Shown in pieces: positions 8,055 to 17,420 of a DNA stretch of 64,000 bases (position 1 is its first letter; every line of letters begins with the position of its first letter). Below the pieces are notes generated by a model. It was not told the origin of the DNA, searched no databases, and saw only the letters and a list, made by a program, of their open reading frames with translations. Made by a program: the position numbers and the translations under genes. Source of the DNA: Holophagaceae bacterium (lineage in GTDB: Bacteria > Acidobacteriota > Holophagae > Holophagales > Holophagaceae). The stretch lies in the NCBI GenBank assembly GCA_025363715.1, contig JANYLR010000015.1, positions 10,210 through 74,209 on the forward strand, read 5' to 3'.

Positions 8055-9560
8055 TCAGAAGCCATCACAGGGCCCCGGGCATAAATCCATAAACAATCGC
8101 GTGCCTGCCGCGGTGCCGTCGCTGGTCCAAAGTTCCCAGCCATGCACACCATCGTCGGCCCTGAAATACAGGGCGCCGTTGAGGACAAAGAACTGGGATG
8201 GGAGCGACCCCACCCCGGACGCGGTGAGGTTGATGTCCTTCACCAGGACCGTGCCCGTCAGGCTTCCATCGCTTTTCCAAAGTTCGAACCCGGCCCCTCG
8301 GCCATCGTCGGCCGAGAAGTAGAGCGCGCCGTTGAAGACCGTGAGGCCCAGGAAACCGGCTCCCACTCCCGCCGCCGGGTTCAGATCCACAGCCAGGACG
8401 GTGCCCGTGGCAGTGCCGTCGGTCCTCCAGAGCTCAGAGCCGTGGATGCCGTCATCGGCCATGAAATAGAGATACCCGTTGTACAGGGCGAAAGAGGATG
8501 GATACGAGCTTGCGCCTGCGGCGGTGGCATTGATGTTCTTGAGCATGACCGTGCCCCGCGCCGACCCATCCGTCTTCCAGAGTTCGGCACCATCGACCCC
8601 GTTGTTCGCCTGGAAATACAAAGCCCCGTTGTAGACGATGAACTCGCTGGGATCGGAACCCGCCCCGGCCCCGGCGCGAAGATCCCGGAACAAGGTGGTG
8701 CCAACCTTCGTGCCATCGGTTCTCCAAAGCTCTCTGCCGTTCACGCCATCGTCGGCTTGAAAGTACAGCATCCCGTTGAACGCGGTGAAACCGGAGGGGT
8801 AGGAACTCCCCTGAGCGAGCGGATTGATGTCCTTAAGCAACACCGTGCCAGCGTCGGTGCCATCACTTTTCCAAAGTTCAGTACCGCTCACGCCATCGTT
8901 GGCGCTGAAATACAGGGCTCCGTTGAAGACAGTGAGATTCGAAGGGGAGGAGCCTGCAAATGGCGAGGTCGTGTTGATGTCCTTCACCAGCACCGTGCCT
9001 GCGGCGGTGCCATCGGTCTTCCAGAGTTCGGTGCCATGGATGCCGTCATCGGCGCTGAAGTAGACCGCGCCATTGAAGGCCGTGAAATAGCCCGGGTAGG
9101 AACCCACGCCATAGGGGGTGTTGATGTCCTTGACCATCATGGTTCCGGCGACCGTGCCGTCGGTGCGGCAGAGTTCGGGACCCAATCCTGTGCCCATTTC
9201 GGAGGAGAAGTACTTGATCGCCCGGGCTTGGCAGTCCACTGAAATGGCCGTGACGTTCCCGCCATTCACCGAACCCACGCCATTGGTGACCGTGCAGTAC
9301 TGCCCGCTGGGTGGGGTGAGGACCGTGACCGCATAGCTGGCCCCGTCCGGCAGGGGAGAAGGAAAAGTAAAGGCACCATTGGTGGAAATGGCCAGGTTGC
9401 TGCCGCCGTTGTTCTGCAACACCAACCCCGTGCCACTCAAGCCCGTGACGGTACCGCCCAGGGTGTATGCCACCGGGGCCGACTTGCTACTGGACCCACC
9501 ACAGGAGGGGAGCCAGAGGAGAAAGGCAGTGGCGCAGAGCAATAGGGCGCGACGGTTCAT
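8055..9560 (-). CDS. ELWxxDGT-repeat lipoprotein (beta-propeller)
   Basis: Lipobox LPSC; about 8 repeats of LYF.A.DG..G.ELW.TDGT..GT..VKDIN. Confidence 0.9.
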   Translation of the reverse strand: MNRRALLLCATAFLLWLPSCGGSSSKSAPVAYTLGGTVTGLSGTGLVLQNNGGSNLAISTNGAFTFPSPLPDGASYAVTVLTPPSGQYCTVTNGVGSVNGGNVTAISVDCQARAIKYFSSEMGTGLGPELCRTDGTVAGTMMVKDINTPYGVGSYPGYFTAFNGAVYFSADDGIHGTELWKTDGTAAGTVLVKDINTTSPFAGSSPSNLTVFNGALYFSANDGVSGTELWKSDGTDAGTVLLKDINPLAQGSSYPSGFTAFNGMLYFQADDGVNGRELWRTDGTKVGTTLFRDLRAGAGAGSDPSEFIVYNGALYFQANNGVDGAELWKTDGSARGTVMLKNINATAAGASSYPSSFALYNGYLYFMADDGIHGSELWRTDGTATGTVLAVDLNPAAGVGAGFLGLTVFNGALYFSADDGRGAGFELWKSDGSLTGTVLVKDINLTASGVGSLPSQFFVLNGALYFRADDGVHGWELWTSDGTAAGTRLFMDLCPGPCDGF

Positions 9561-9591
9561 GGTGCCACCTCACGATCAAGGCAGGGTTGGC

Positions 9592-11718
9592 TCACTGGAT
9601 GCTGCCCGTGGTGGTGAAGGCGTAGGGAGAGGTCCCTGCGGCGACCGTCGCAGTGGCCATGGGCGCCAGGCTGCCATGGGTGCCGATCGTGTACTGCGAA
9701 ACGCTGTTGGCGCCGTAGTTCGCGATGTAGGCGTAATTGCCCGAAGAATCGATGGAGATGGAAACCGGGTTACTTCCGGTCGCGACGGTGGCCGGGGTCA
9801 TGGGCCCGAGGCTGCCGTTGGCGCCGATCGTGTACTGCGAGACGCTGTCGCCACCGATGTTCGTGACATAGGCGTACCGGCCGGATGGATCGACGATGAC
9901 GGTATAGGGATTGGTTCCGGCCGCGACGGTCGCGGTGCCCATGGGCGTGAGAAAACCGTAGGCGCCGATCGTGTATTGCGAGATGTCGTTGCTGCCATAG
10001 TTGCAGATATAGGCGTACCGGCCCGAGGGATCGATGCTGACGGACTCGGGTTTGGTTCCAGTGGCGACGGTCGCGGTGGCCAGGGGTGTGAGAGTGCCAT
10101 CGGCGCCGATCTTGTATTGCGAGACATTGTTGCTGCCTAAGTTCGCCACGTAGGCGAACTGGCCCGAGGGATCGAGGGTAATGCCGCGGGGACCCCACCC
10201 CGCTGGGGCCGTGGCGGGGACCATGGGTCTAAGGCTGCCATCCGCGCCGATCGTGTACTGCGAAACGCTGTTGGCGCCCTGATTGGCCACATACGCGAAT
10301 CTGCCGGAGGGTTCCACAACCACGGAAAAGGGGCCGGCCCCGGTCGCCACCGAGCCGTTGGTCACGAGTTGGAGGCCCCCGTCCACGCCGATTGTGTAGT
10401 GCGAGAGGCTGGCGCCACCAAAGATCGTCACGTAAGCATGCTGCCCGGAGGGCCCGATGGCTATGGATTGGGGAGAGGCACTGGAACCCACCGTCGGAAT
10501 TGCCATGGGCACGAGGCCGCCACTGGCGCTGATCGTATATTGCGAGAGGCTGCTGTCGACCGAGTTGGCCGTGTAGGCGAACTTCGGTGTGTAAGTGACT
10601 GGCATCGTGCCCTTGGTCATGGCGATGGCACCGCATCCTACCCGACTGCGCATGGTGCCGAGGGACGTGAGCGCACCGGTACTGGCGTTGATGGCGAAGG
10701 CCGAGAGGTCATTGGAGCCACTGTTGGCCGCATAGGCGAACTGGCCCGAGGGGTCTACGAGGATGGAAAGCGGACTCATCCCTGCGGCCACAGGCGCGCC
10801 GAGAGAGGTCAAGGCGCCTGACGAAGGGTTGATGGCATAGGCCGATACGTCGTTGGAAACCTGATTCGCGACATAGACGAACTTGCCGGAAGGATCCACG
10901 GTGGCGGACCGCGGGCGCGAACCCGTCGGCATCGCCGCCCCGATGGGTGTCAGCAGGCCGGTGCTGGCGTTGATGGTGAAGGCCGAGAGGTCACTGGAGC
11001 CCCAGTTCGCCACGTAGGCGAATTTACCGGTGGGATCAATGACCAGCGCATCCGGCCCGGGCCCCCCCGGCATGGCTGCCCCCGCGCTGGCCAGGGCGCC
11101 CGTCGTGGCGTTGATGGTGAAGATCGAGATGGAGTTGCCGCCATTGTTGACGACGTAGGCAAACCGGCCCATGGGATCCACCGTGACGGAGGCGGGGTTC
11201 GCCCCGGTCGGCACCGCCGCGCCAATGGCGGTCAACGCCCCCGTGGCGGCGGTGATCGCGTAGGACGAGACATCATTGGAGCTGAGGTTCACCACATAGA
11301 GGAACCTGCCGCTGGGATCCACGGTGAGGGCCACGGGGTTGGTCCCGGCAGCCACCGGTACACCCACGGCGGTGAGCGCCCCCGTGACGGGATGGATGAG
11401 GAAGGCCGAGACCGAGTTGTCGTTCGTGTTGGCGGTATAGGCGAACCTGCCCGCCGCATCGATCGCCAGGGCGTTGGGGTTGAGCCCGGTGGTCACATAG
11501 CCGTTCGCGCGCAGGCGGCCACTCGCGGCATCGACCGAATAGATCGACAGGGTGTTGTCCCAGACGTTGGCCACATAGGCGAACCGCGGCACGACGGTGG
11601 GCGGGGGGGGCGGGGGCGGATTGATCACCCCCCCGCCACCCCCGCCACAGGCGGCAAGCAGCAGGGTCAGCGCGACCGCGGGAAGGCTGGGATGCAGAGT
11701 GGTGGTCTTCGCTTGCAT
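9592..11718 (-). CDS. Lactonase-like beta-propeller repeat lipoprotein (two propeller blocks)
   Basis: Lipobox LAAC, Gly/Pro linker, many DPSG.FAYVAN..SN.VS repeats. Confidence 0.85.
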   Translation of the reverse strand: MQAKTTTLHPSLPAVALTLLLAACGGGGGGVINPPPPPPPTVVPRFAYVANVWDNTLSIYSVDAASGRLRANGYVTTGLNPNALAIDAAGRFAYTANTNDNSVSAFLIHPVTGALTAVGVPVAAGTNPVALTVDPSGRFLYVVNLSSNDVSSYAITAATGALTAIGAAVPTGANPASVTVDPMGRFAYVVNNGGNSISIFTINATTGALASAGAAMPGGPGPDALVIDPTGKFAYVANWGSSDLSAFTINASTGLLTPIGAAMPTGSRPRSATVDPSGKFVYVANQVSNDVSAYAINPSSGALTSLGAPVAAGMSPLSILVDPSGQFAYAANSGSNDLSAFAINASTGALTSLGTMRSRVGCGAIAMTKGTMPVTYTPKFAYTANSVDSSLSQYTISASGGLVPMAIPTVGSSASPQSIAIGPSGQHAYVTIFGGASLSHYTIGVDGGLQLVTNGSVATGAGPFSVVVEPSGRFAYVANQGANSVSQYTIGADGSLRPMVPATAPAGWGPRGITLDPSGQFAYVANLGSNNVSQYKIGADGTLTPLATATVATGTKPESVSIDPSGRYAYICNYGSNDISQYTIGAYGFLTPMGTATVAAGTNPYTVIVDPSGRYAYVTNIGGDSVSQYTIGANGSLGPMTPATVATGSNPVSISIDSSGNYAYIANYGANSVSQYTIGTHGSLAPMATATVAAGTSPYAFTTTGSIQ

Positions 11719-11749
11719 GGCACGGTCTCCTCTCAATGGCTGGGGTCAG

Positions 11750-13414
11750 CTACCGGAACTGGTTGGACCAGATGTTGTCGCGCGTGTTGTCGCTCTGGCG
11801 CCACACGGCCACTGCGTTCCCGGCGCCGTCGACCCCGACCTGAGGCGCCGCCGCGGAGTTGGCGTTGTCGGTCTCGATGAGCTCGGCGGTACTCCAGGTG
11901 GGATCCGCCGCTAGCCGGCGGCTCGACCAGATGTTGTTGCGGTTGCCATCGTGCTGGTAAAACACCAGGAAGGAATCCCCATTGGCATTCATGGCCACCT
12001 GCGAGCCGCCCGCGGAACCCGTGTCCCGGTCCAGGCGGACAGCCGCGCCCCAGCTGGCGGCGGCGGGGCGTTTGGCGGCCATGATGTGGTACTGGGCGCC
12101 TTCAAAGCGGGACCACACCGCAATGGCATCGTCACTGGAGCTGACGGCGACCTTGGGCGAGCCATCCGACCCGATGTCAATGTTGGTGTCCAGCACCTCG
12201 ACCGCCTGCCAGCCCGATCCGGCCAGGTACCGGTTGCTCCGGATGGAGTAGAGCCCGCTCACGGCATCCATCAGATCCGACACCACGGTGGCGTTGCCGC
12301 TCGCGGTCACGGCCAGTTGGAGGTGTCGGCCCGTGGTGCCCAGATCGGTGGCCGTGCCCCAGCCCGTTCCGGCGACGTAGCGGTTGGCGCGGGCCCCCGC
12401 AAAGCCAGACCAGACTGCCATGGCGTTGCCGCTGGCATCCATCGCAACCAGGGGCGTGGTACTCGAGGGGACATTGGCGGTTTCAATGGGGCCATCCGTC
12501 CCCCACCCCGTACCCGGAACATGGCGGTTGGCCCGTACCTTATTGTCCTGGGTCCACACGACGATGGCATTCCCATTAGGATCCATGGCGACCTGCGGGA
12601 CACCCGCCGTGAGCGGGCCGGTTTCCACAAGCTGCGCCGCGCCCCAGCCCGTACCCGCGGTGTAGCGGGCTGACCAGATGCTGGTGATGTTGGTGTTCCC
12701 GGGGGCCCCGGGATCGAACTCGTTCCAAACCACCATGGCATGGCCATTGGGGTCCACGGCGACCGCGGGATCACCCACGGGCGGGCCAGCGGGATCGGTG
12801 CTGGCCTGGATGATGGTGGCGGTCCCCCAGCCTGTGCCCGGAAGGAAGCGGTTGGCCCAGACCCGGTTGCCTGAACCGTCGTACTGCCGCCACACGGCGA
12901 AGCTCGTGCCGTTGGCATTGGTCGCCACGCGCGGCGAGTAGGCCTGGCCGGTCAAGGTCTCGATGACCGCGGCAGTACCCCAGACCCTTGCTCCGGGAAG
13001 GGTGGTGAAGGTCCAGGTGTGGGCCGTGGCCAAGGCATTGCCAGCGAGATCCTTGACGCCTGGGGTCACGGTGGCGGTATAGGTCGTCCCGTTGGCCAGC
13101 GCGGCCGCGGGTGTGAAGGTGGCCGACATCCCCGTGGTGCTCACACTGCCCGCTACGGATCCGCTGGGGCTGGCCAGGAGGAGGGTGGTGGTGGTCAGGG
13201 TGCCCGCATCCATGGCCTCGGAAAAGGTCACGGTGAACGTGCTGTTGAGGGCAACCCCGACGGCCCCGCTGGCCGGAAGGGTGGTGATGACAGTGGGTGG
13301 CGTGGTGTCCGAGGGAACGGCGGGCGGCTTGGGTGAGCGACTGCACCCCAAACCCAACGCCAGAACGGGGACGATCACCAGTTGCCTGAATCCAAGGCCC
13401 TTCGCTTGCCACAT
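11750..13414 (-). CDS. Lipoprotein with Ig-like (Big_5/SbsA-type) domain and repeated beta domain
   Basis: Lipobox GLGC; DTTPPTV...VTFSEAMD...VKDLAGN Ig motif; P.VA.D..GNA..VW repeats. Confidence 0.8.
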   Translation of the reverse strand: MWQAKGLGFRQLVIVPVLALGLGCSRSPKPPAVPSDTTPPTVITTLPASGAVGVALNSTFTVTFSEAMDAGTLTTTTLLLASPSGSVAGSVSTTGMSATFTPAAALANGTTYTATVTPGVKDLAGNALATAHTWTFTTLPGARVWGTAAVIETLTGQAYSPRVATNANGTSFAVWRQYDGSGNRVWANRFLPGTGWGTATIIQASTDPAGPPVGDPAVAVDPNGHAMVVWNEFDPGAPGNTNITSIWSARYTAGTGWGAAQLVETGPLTAGVPQVAMDPNGNAIVVWTQDNKVRANRHVPGTGWGTDGPIETANVPSSTTPLVAMDASGNAMAVWSGFAGARANRYVAGTGWGTATDLGTTGRHLQLAVTASGNATVVSDLMDAVSGLYSIRSNRYLAGSGWQAVEVLDTNIDIGSDGSPKVAVSSSDDAIAVWSRFEGAQYHIMAAKRPAAASWGAAVRLDRDTGSAGGSQVAMNANGDSFLVFYQHDGNRNNIWSSRRLAADPTWSTAELIETDNANSAAAPQVGVDGAGNAVAVWRQSDNTRDNIWSNQFR

Positions 13415-13647
13415 GACTGCCTCCTCTGGAGCGGTGCTGGATGGATGGGTGTTGCCCCAATCTAGAATCCGAAGCGCGCTCCCCCTAGAGCCAGCTGGAA
13501 GAAACCGTTGGGTCCAGTTCGGTTCTTATGGGCCCTCTCTGGCCCACCCGGACGCGTGGGTCATCTGCCATCCTCAGGCGCTCGCTGACGTTGCGCCGGA
13601 AGGGCACCCCTCCCAGCACCCCGGGAACCACAAAGCACCTGATCGCC

Positions 13648-14160
13648 TCAGTCGACGAAGTACCCCATGAGGGTCGCCCTGCGGATGGTGTAGTTTCCCC
13701 AGGGCACATTGGTCACCGAGATCCGATAGCCTTCGGGAATGGCCAGACCGGAGGTGAGGCTGATCTTCTGCTGTTCGTTACCGACCGTGGTGCGGTTGGG
13801 GATGAAGCGGACCATGTCGTGGATGGGGGCCCCCGAGCGATCACAAACGGTGAAGGACATCATCGGAGCCAGGGTCGTATTCGCTTCACAATGGAGGCTG
13901 ATATCCAGATCGGTAATGACCAGGTTGCGCCCTGCCGGAACGGTATAGCCCCTGGGATCGACTTCGATCTTGTTCCCCAGAATGTATTCGAACCAAGCCG
14001 TGGTGGCGATGCCTGTCGTGTAGTCGAAGAACTCGTTGTGCTGGATCACCACCATCTGCTTGGCGGGCACATTGAGATGGGTGAGGCCTTGGCCGCTCAA
14101 TCCGCTGGGCGCGGCAGCCAGCAGACAGGCGAGGGCGATGGAATGAAGCGTTGGGTGCAT
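13648..14160 (-). CDS. Secreted hypothetical protein
   Basis: N-terminal signal peptide, AGGAG RBS, co-oriented with the cluster. Confidence 0.7.
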   Translation of the reverse strand: MHPTLHSIALACLLAAAPSGLSGQGLTHLNVPAKQMVVIQHNEFFDYTTGIATTAWFEYILGNKIEVDPRGYTVPAGRNLVITDLDISLHCEANTTLAPMMSFTVCDRSGAPIHDMVRFIPNRTTVGNEQQKISLTSGLAIPEGYRISVTNVPWGNYTIRRATLMGYFVD

Positions 14161-14260
14161 GATCAGCTCCTTGAGTGATGTGGCGGGCTATTCCGCGCAA
14201 TGGGCGATGGATTCTCCTGGCGAAATTTCGGTCGATCCCATTCCGAGGTGCGGACTCCGG

Positions 14261-16546
14261 TTAGGGATTGGAACGAGAACCCTGGGCCGGGGGGGACTGG
14301 AGGAGCGCCCAAATCTGGCTGAGCTGCCGACGCAAGTCCGCGTTCTCCGCCCGCAGGGCATCCCACTCCGTCTGTTGGTCGGCCTTCATCTGCTTGATGG
14401 CCTTCTGCTGCTTCTGCACTTCGGCGAGAATCAGGGGCGGCAGCTCGTGGTAGGCCACGGTCTCGATCTGGCCACCCTGACCGTGGACCACCAGCTCGGG
14501 CATCACTTCGGCGACTTCCTCGGCGATGAGTCCGAAATGGACCGGGCCCTCCGGCTGCGCCTTGTAACGGAAGGACACAGGGCGAAGGTCGTAAAGACGG
14601 TCCGTGGTCGCGCCGAGATCCTGGATGTCCTGCTTGTAGCGCCGGGAAGAGGAAATGGTGCCCAGCTGGCCGGTGGCGTCTATCACCACGGGAACTGCGG
14701 CCAACTGCGTGGGCGTGTTCCAAACCCCTGCCAAGTAGAGCTTGACCTGGTAGCTGTTGGATCCAATGCGGATCACACCGCGCTCACTGGCCAGCCCACC
14801 GTTGCCAATGTAGATGTTGTCCGAACCATTGGTGAGGGCCTGGCCCGCGTTCATGCCGATCGCGATATTGCCATCGCCGGTGGATAGAAAATTCAATGCC
14901 CCATGCCCGAGCGCCACATTCCAGAAGCCCGTGGAAAGGTTCAGGGACCGGGTACCCACGGCGGTGTTGCCGCCACCCAGGTCGTTGTAGCGCAGGCTTT
15001 CGAAACCCAGGGCGGTGTTTTCGCTGCCCAAGGTGTTGGTCGCCAGCGCGCGGACGCCAACCGCGGTGTTGGAACCCGAGGTCGTGTTGCCGAGCAGACT
15101 CTCAAAACCCAGGGCGGTATTCTCGCTCCCCAAGGTATTGGTCGCCAACGCCCGGACGCCAACCGCGGTGTTGGAATTCGAGGTCGTGTTGCCGAGCAGA
15201 CTCCCGAAGCCCACGGCGGTGTTGCCCGCCCCGGTGGTGTTCTGATACAGGCTGTCCACGCCCACCGCCGTGTTGGTCCGGCCCGTGGTGTTGTTGCGCA
15301 GCGCCACGGCACCCACAGCCGTGTTGCGGTCCCCGGTGATGAGGCTCGTAGGCTGGTTGGAAGCGAGGGCGGTATAGCCGACGGCGGTGTTCCAGGCATC
15401 CCAGCCCACGCCCCCGTTGCTGAAGGCTTGGCTGGCGAGGGCGTTGGCGCCGACCGCTGTGTTTGCCCCCGCCATGGTGTTCATCTGCAGGGTGTTGTTC
15501 CCAACCGCCGTGTTATTAAGGCCATTCGTCAGGTATTGCAGGCTGGAATCCCCCACCGCGGTATTGCTCGATCCCGAGACCAAAGAGGAGAGGGAGGCGT
15601 GCCCCACGCCAGTGTTGTAGGAGGCATAGATACTAGAGGTCTGGGCGGGCATGGTGAAGTTCCCGGCGCCATCCCCCAGGAAGTTGTTCCGTCCATCGGC
15701 CCCGTAGGGCGCGAATTGATGCAGGACCGGCCCACCGTTCATCGTGAGGGCGCCCATGAGGTTGATGTTCCCCACCACATCCAGGGGGCTGTGGGGCGTG
15801 GTGGTGCCGAGGCCGACATTACCGGTGGTGAATACCGCGTTTCCACCCACCAGGCTGAACGGGCTTGCGCCGGAAGGCCCCTGAGGGCCGCCGGGGCCGA
15901 TGGGCCCTGGCGCCCCAGGGCCCCCCGCAGGTCCCGCGGCACCCGTGGGGCCCTGGGGGCCCGCTGGCCCCGCCGGGCCTTGAGGCCCCATGGGTCCGGA
16001 TGCGCCTGACACGGCGCCTGGCAGCCACTTGGTGCCGTTGTAGACCAGTCCCTGGCCGGGGGAAGGGGCTGCGGTGGTCAGATCCAGTGGGACACCCTGG
16101 AGGTTGTTCAGGGTGGTGGCGTTCTGGGTGCCGCCCACATCCCCGGCGAAGGCGCCACTCACTTCGAAGGCACTGCGGGCCTGGAGCGCGGGTACCAGGT
16201 CGGTGTCGGGAGCCAGCGCGGTGCCGGACACCACCACATGGAGTTTCAGATGGGGCTGGCCGAGGACGGCGGTGGCGATGGGCGGCATGGGCGCTTGGCC
16301 AAGGAGCACGCTGTACAGGCCCGAGTTCACCGAGACTGACTGACTACCGGAATTCCAGAGTTCGGTTCCCGCGCCATCCAGGATCGAGAACGCGAAGGTG
16401 CGGGTCCCGGTGACGGGCAGCGTCGCTTCCAGCAGGCGGCCCTGGTAGACCAGCACAGGCAGGGGTGGCGCGGGCATCGCTTGCGAGATGAGGGGTGCGC
16501 AGGCGATGAGGGTGAAGATGAGGGCAGGGTTCAAAGAGTGGCGCAT
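14261..16546 (-). CDS. Secreted tail-fibre-like protein with collagen-like repeats, NTAVG beta-helix repeats and C-terminal Peptidase S74 autochaperone
   Basis: Signal peptide; YQGRL N-terminal domain; Gly-X-Y run; NTAVG repeats; SSRRYKQDI...LRPVSFRYK...GLIAEEV...Y..L; terminal coiled coil. Confidence 0.88.
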   Translation of the reverse strand: MRHSLNPALIFTLIACAPLISQAMPAPPLPVLVYQGRLLEATLPVTGTRTFAFSILDGAGTELWNSGSQSVSVNSGLYSVLLGQAPMPPIATAVLGQPHLKLHVVVSGTALAPDTDLVPALQARSAFEVSGAFAGDVGGTQNATTLNNLQGVPLDLTTAAPSPGQGLVYNGTKWLPGAVSGASGPMGPQGPAGPAGPQGPTGAAGPAGGPGAPGPIGPGGPQGPSGASPFSLVGGNAVFTTGNVGLGTTTPHSPLDVVGNINLMGALTMNGGPVLHQFAPYGADGRNNFLGDGAGNFTMPAQTSSIYASYNTGVGHASLSSLVSGSSNTAVGDSSLQYLTNGLNNTAVGNNTLQMNTMAGANTAVGANALASQAFSNGGVGWDAWNTAVGYTALASNQPTSLITGDRNTAVGAVALRNNTTGRTNTAVGVDSLYQNTTGAGNTAVGFGSLLGNTTSNSNTAVGVRALATNTLGSENTALGFESLLGNTTSGSNTAVGVRALATNTLGSENTALGFESLRYNDLGGGNTAVGTRSLNLSTGFWNVALGHGALNFLSTGDGNIAIGMNAGQALTNGSDNIYIGNGGLASERGVIRIGSNSYQVKLYLAGVWNTPTQLAAVPVVIDATGQLGTISSSRRYKQDIQDLGATTDRLYDLRPVSFRYKAQPEGPVHFGLIAEEVAEVMPELVVHGQGGQIETVAYHELPPLILAEVQKQQKAIKQMKADQQTEWDALRAENADLRRQLSQIWALLQSPPAQGSRSNP

Positions 16547-16574
16547 GGGGGCTCCAAGTGGGGACGGGTGAAGG

Positions 16575-17162
16575 TCAGTGGTCCGTGGGTACGCCGCTGG
16601 GATAGAAACCGTGCCGCACGCGGGTGCTGTCGTTGGCGTCCTTGATGGTCTGGGCGGGCAGGCCCTCCCGCACGATGGCCAGGTTCTCGAAGGCTCCGCC
16701 GGTTTGCCGTCCGCCCGGAGCCTGCACCAGGTCATCGCGCAGGTGGCTGGGCAGCAGGGCCTGGGCGACGACGAGGCCGAAGGGTGTGTCATGGCTCAGG
16801 CTGCCAGATTGACCGCGCAGGCTCAGGCCCGCATAGGCCGATGGAGTCACCCCCGGCGCCACGGCCACAGGCAGTTGCAGCGCAGTGGATCCGGCAGGCA
16901 CCGTGCCATTCGCCACGGCCCCGGCCGGGAAGCCCACGCCGGAGAGGGTGACGGCGCCGGTGAAGCCGTTGAGCCGCGCCAGGGTGACGGTGACGAAGCC
17001 ACTGCCCCCGGCCGGAATCTGGAGGTTGCCGGGGGTCACCTGGATACTGAAGTCCGCCACGGAGGGGTGCGGTGTTCCGCCGCCACCCCCACCACACGCC
17101 AGGACACAGGCGAGGACGAAGGGAAGCAGGCCGGATGACCATCTGAGCGTATGAAGGCGCAT
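16575..17162 (-). CDS. Lipoprotein (hypothetical) upstream of the fibre gene
   Basis: GGAGG RBS; lipobox VLAC followed by poly-Gly; Ig-like DFSI.VTP...V.L.RLNGF.G.V.LS. Confidence 0.75.
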   Translation of the reverse strand: MRLHTLRWSSGLLPFVLACVLACGGGGGGTPHPSVADFSIQVTPGNLQIPAGGSGFVTVTLARLNGFTGAVTLSGVGFPAGAVANGTVPAGSTALQLPVAVAPGVTPSAYAGLSLRGQSGSLSHDTPFGLVVAQALLPSHLRDDLVQAPGGRQTGGAFENLAIVREGLPAQTIKDANDSTRVRHGFYPSGVPTDH

Positions 17163-17420
17163 GGAACCTCCATGAGGTTGCGTGTACGTGTTTCTGTGGA
17201 GGGGACGACCCCTTTTCGAAAGGGACTGGGTTTGGCCCAAAGTAGAATCCGGAATGCGTTTTTCCCAGGGCCAGTTGGAAGAAGAGGAAGGGTCCAGTCC
17301 GGCTCCACGGGCAGCCTCAGGGATGCGCCAGGAAGGTCACTGCCCCCCGAGGCGAGCCTGGCCGCCCGGAACGCGGCGGCTGCCCTTTCCCGAATGTTCA
17401 CGGTTGTGGGTTCGCCTTCC

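Noticed and set aside
11597-11646. G8/C7 tracts as a phase-variation switch
   Set aside because: Explained by poly-Pro/poly-Gly linker codons; tracts are short and the frame is intact.
14261-16546. Prophage, suggested by the tail-fibre/S74 domain
   Set aside because: The protein has a signal peptide and there are no capsid, terminase, integrase or lysis genes nearby.
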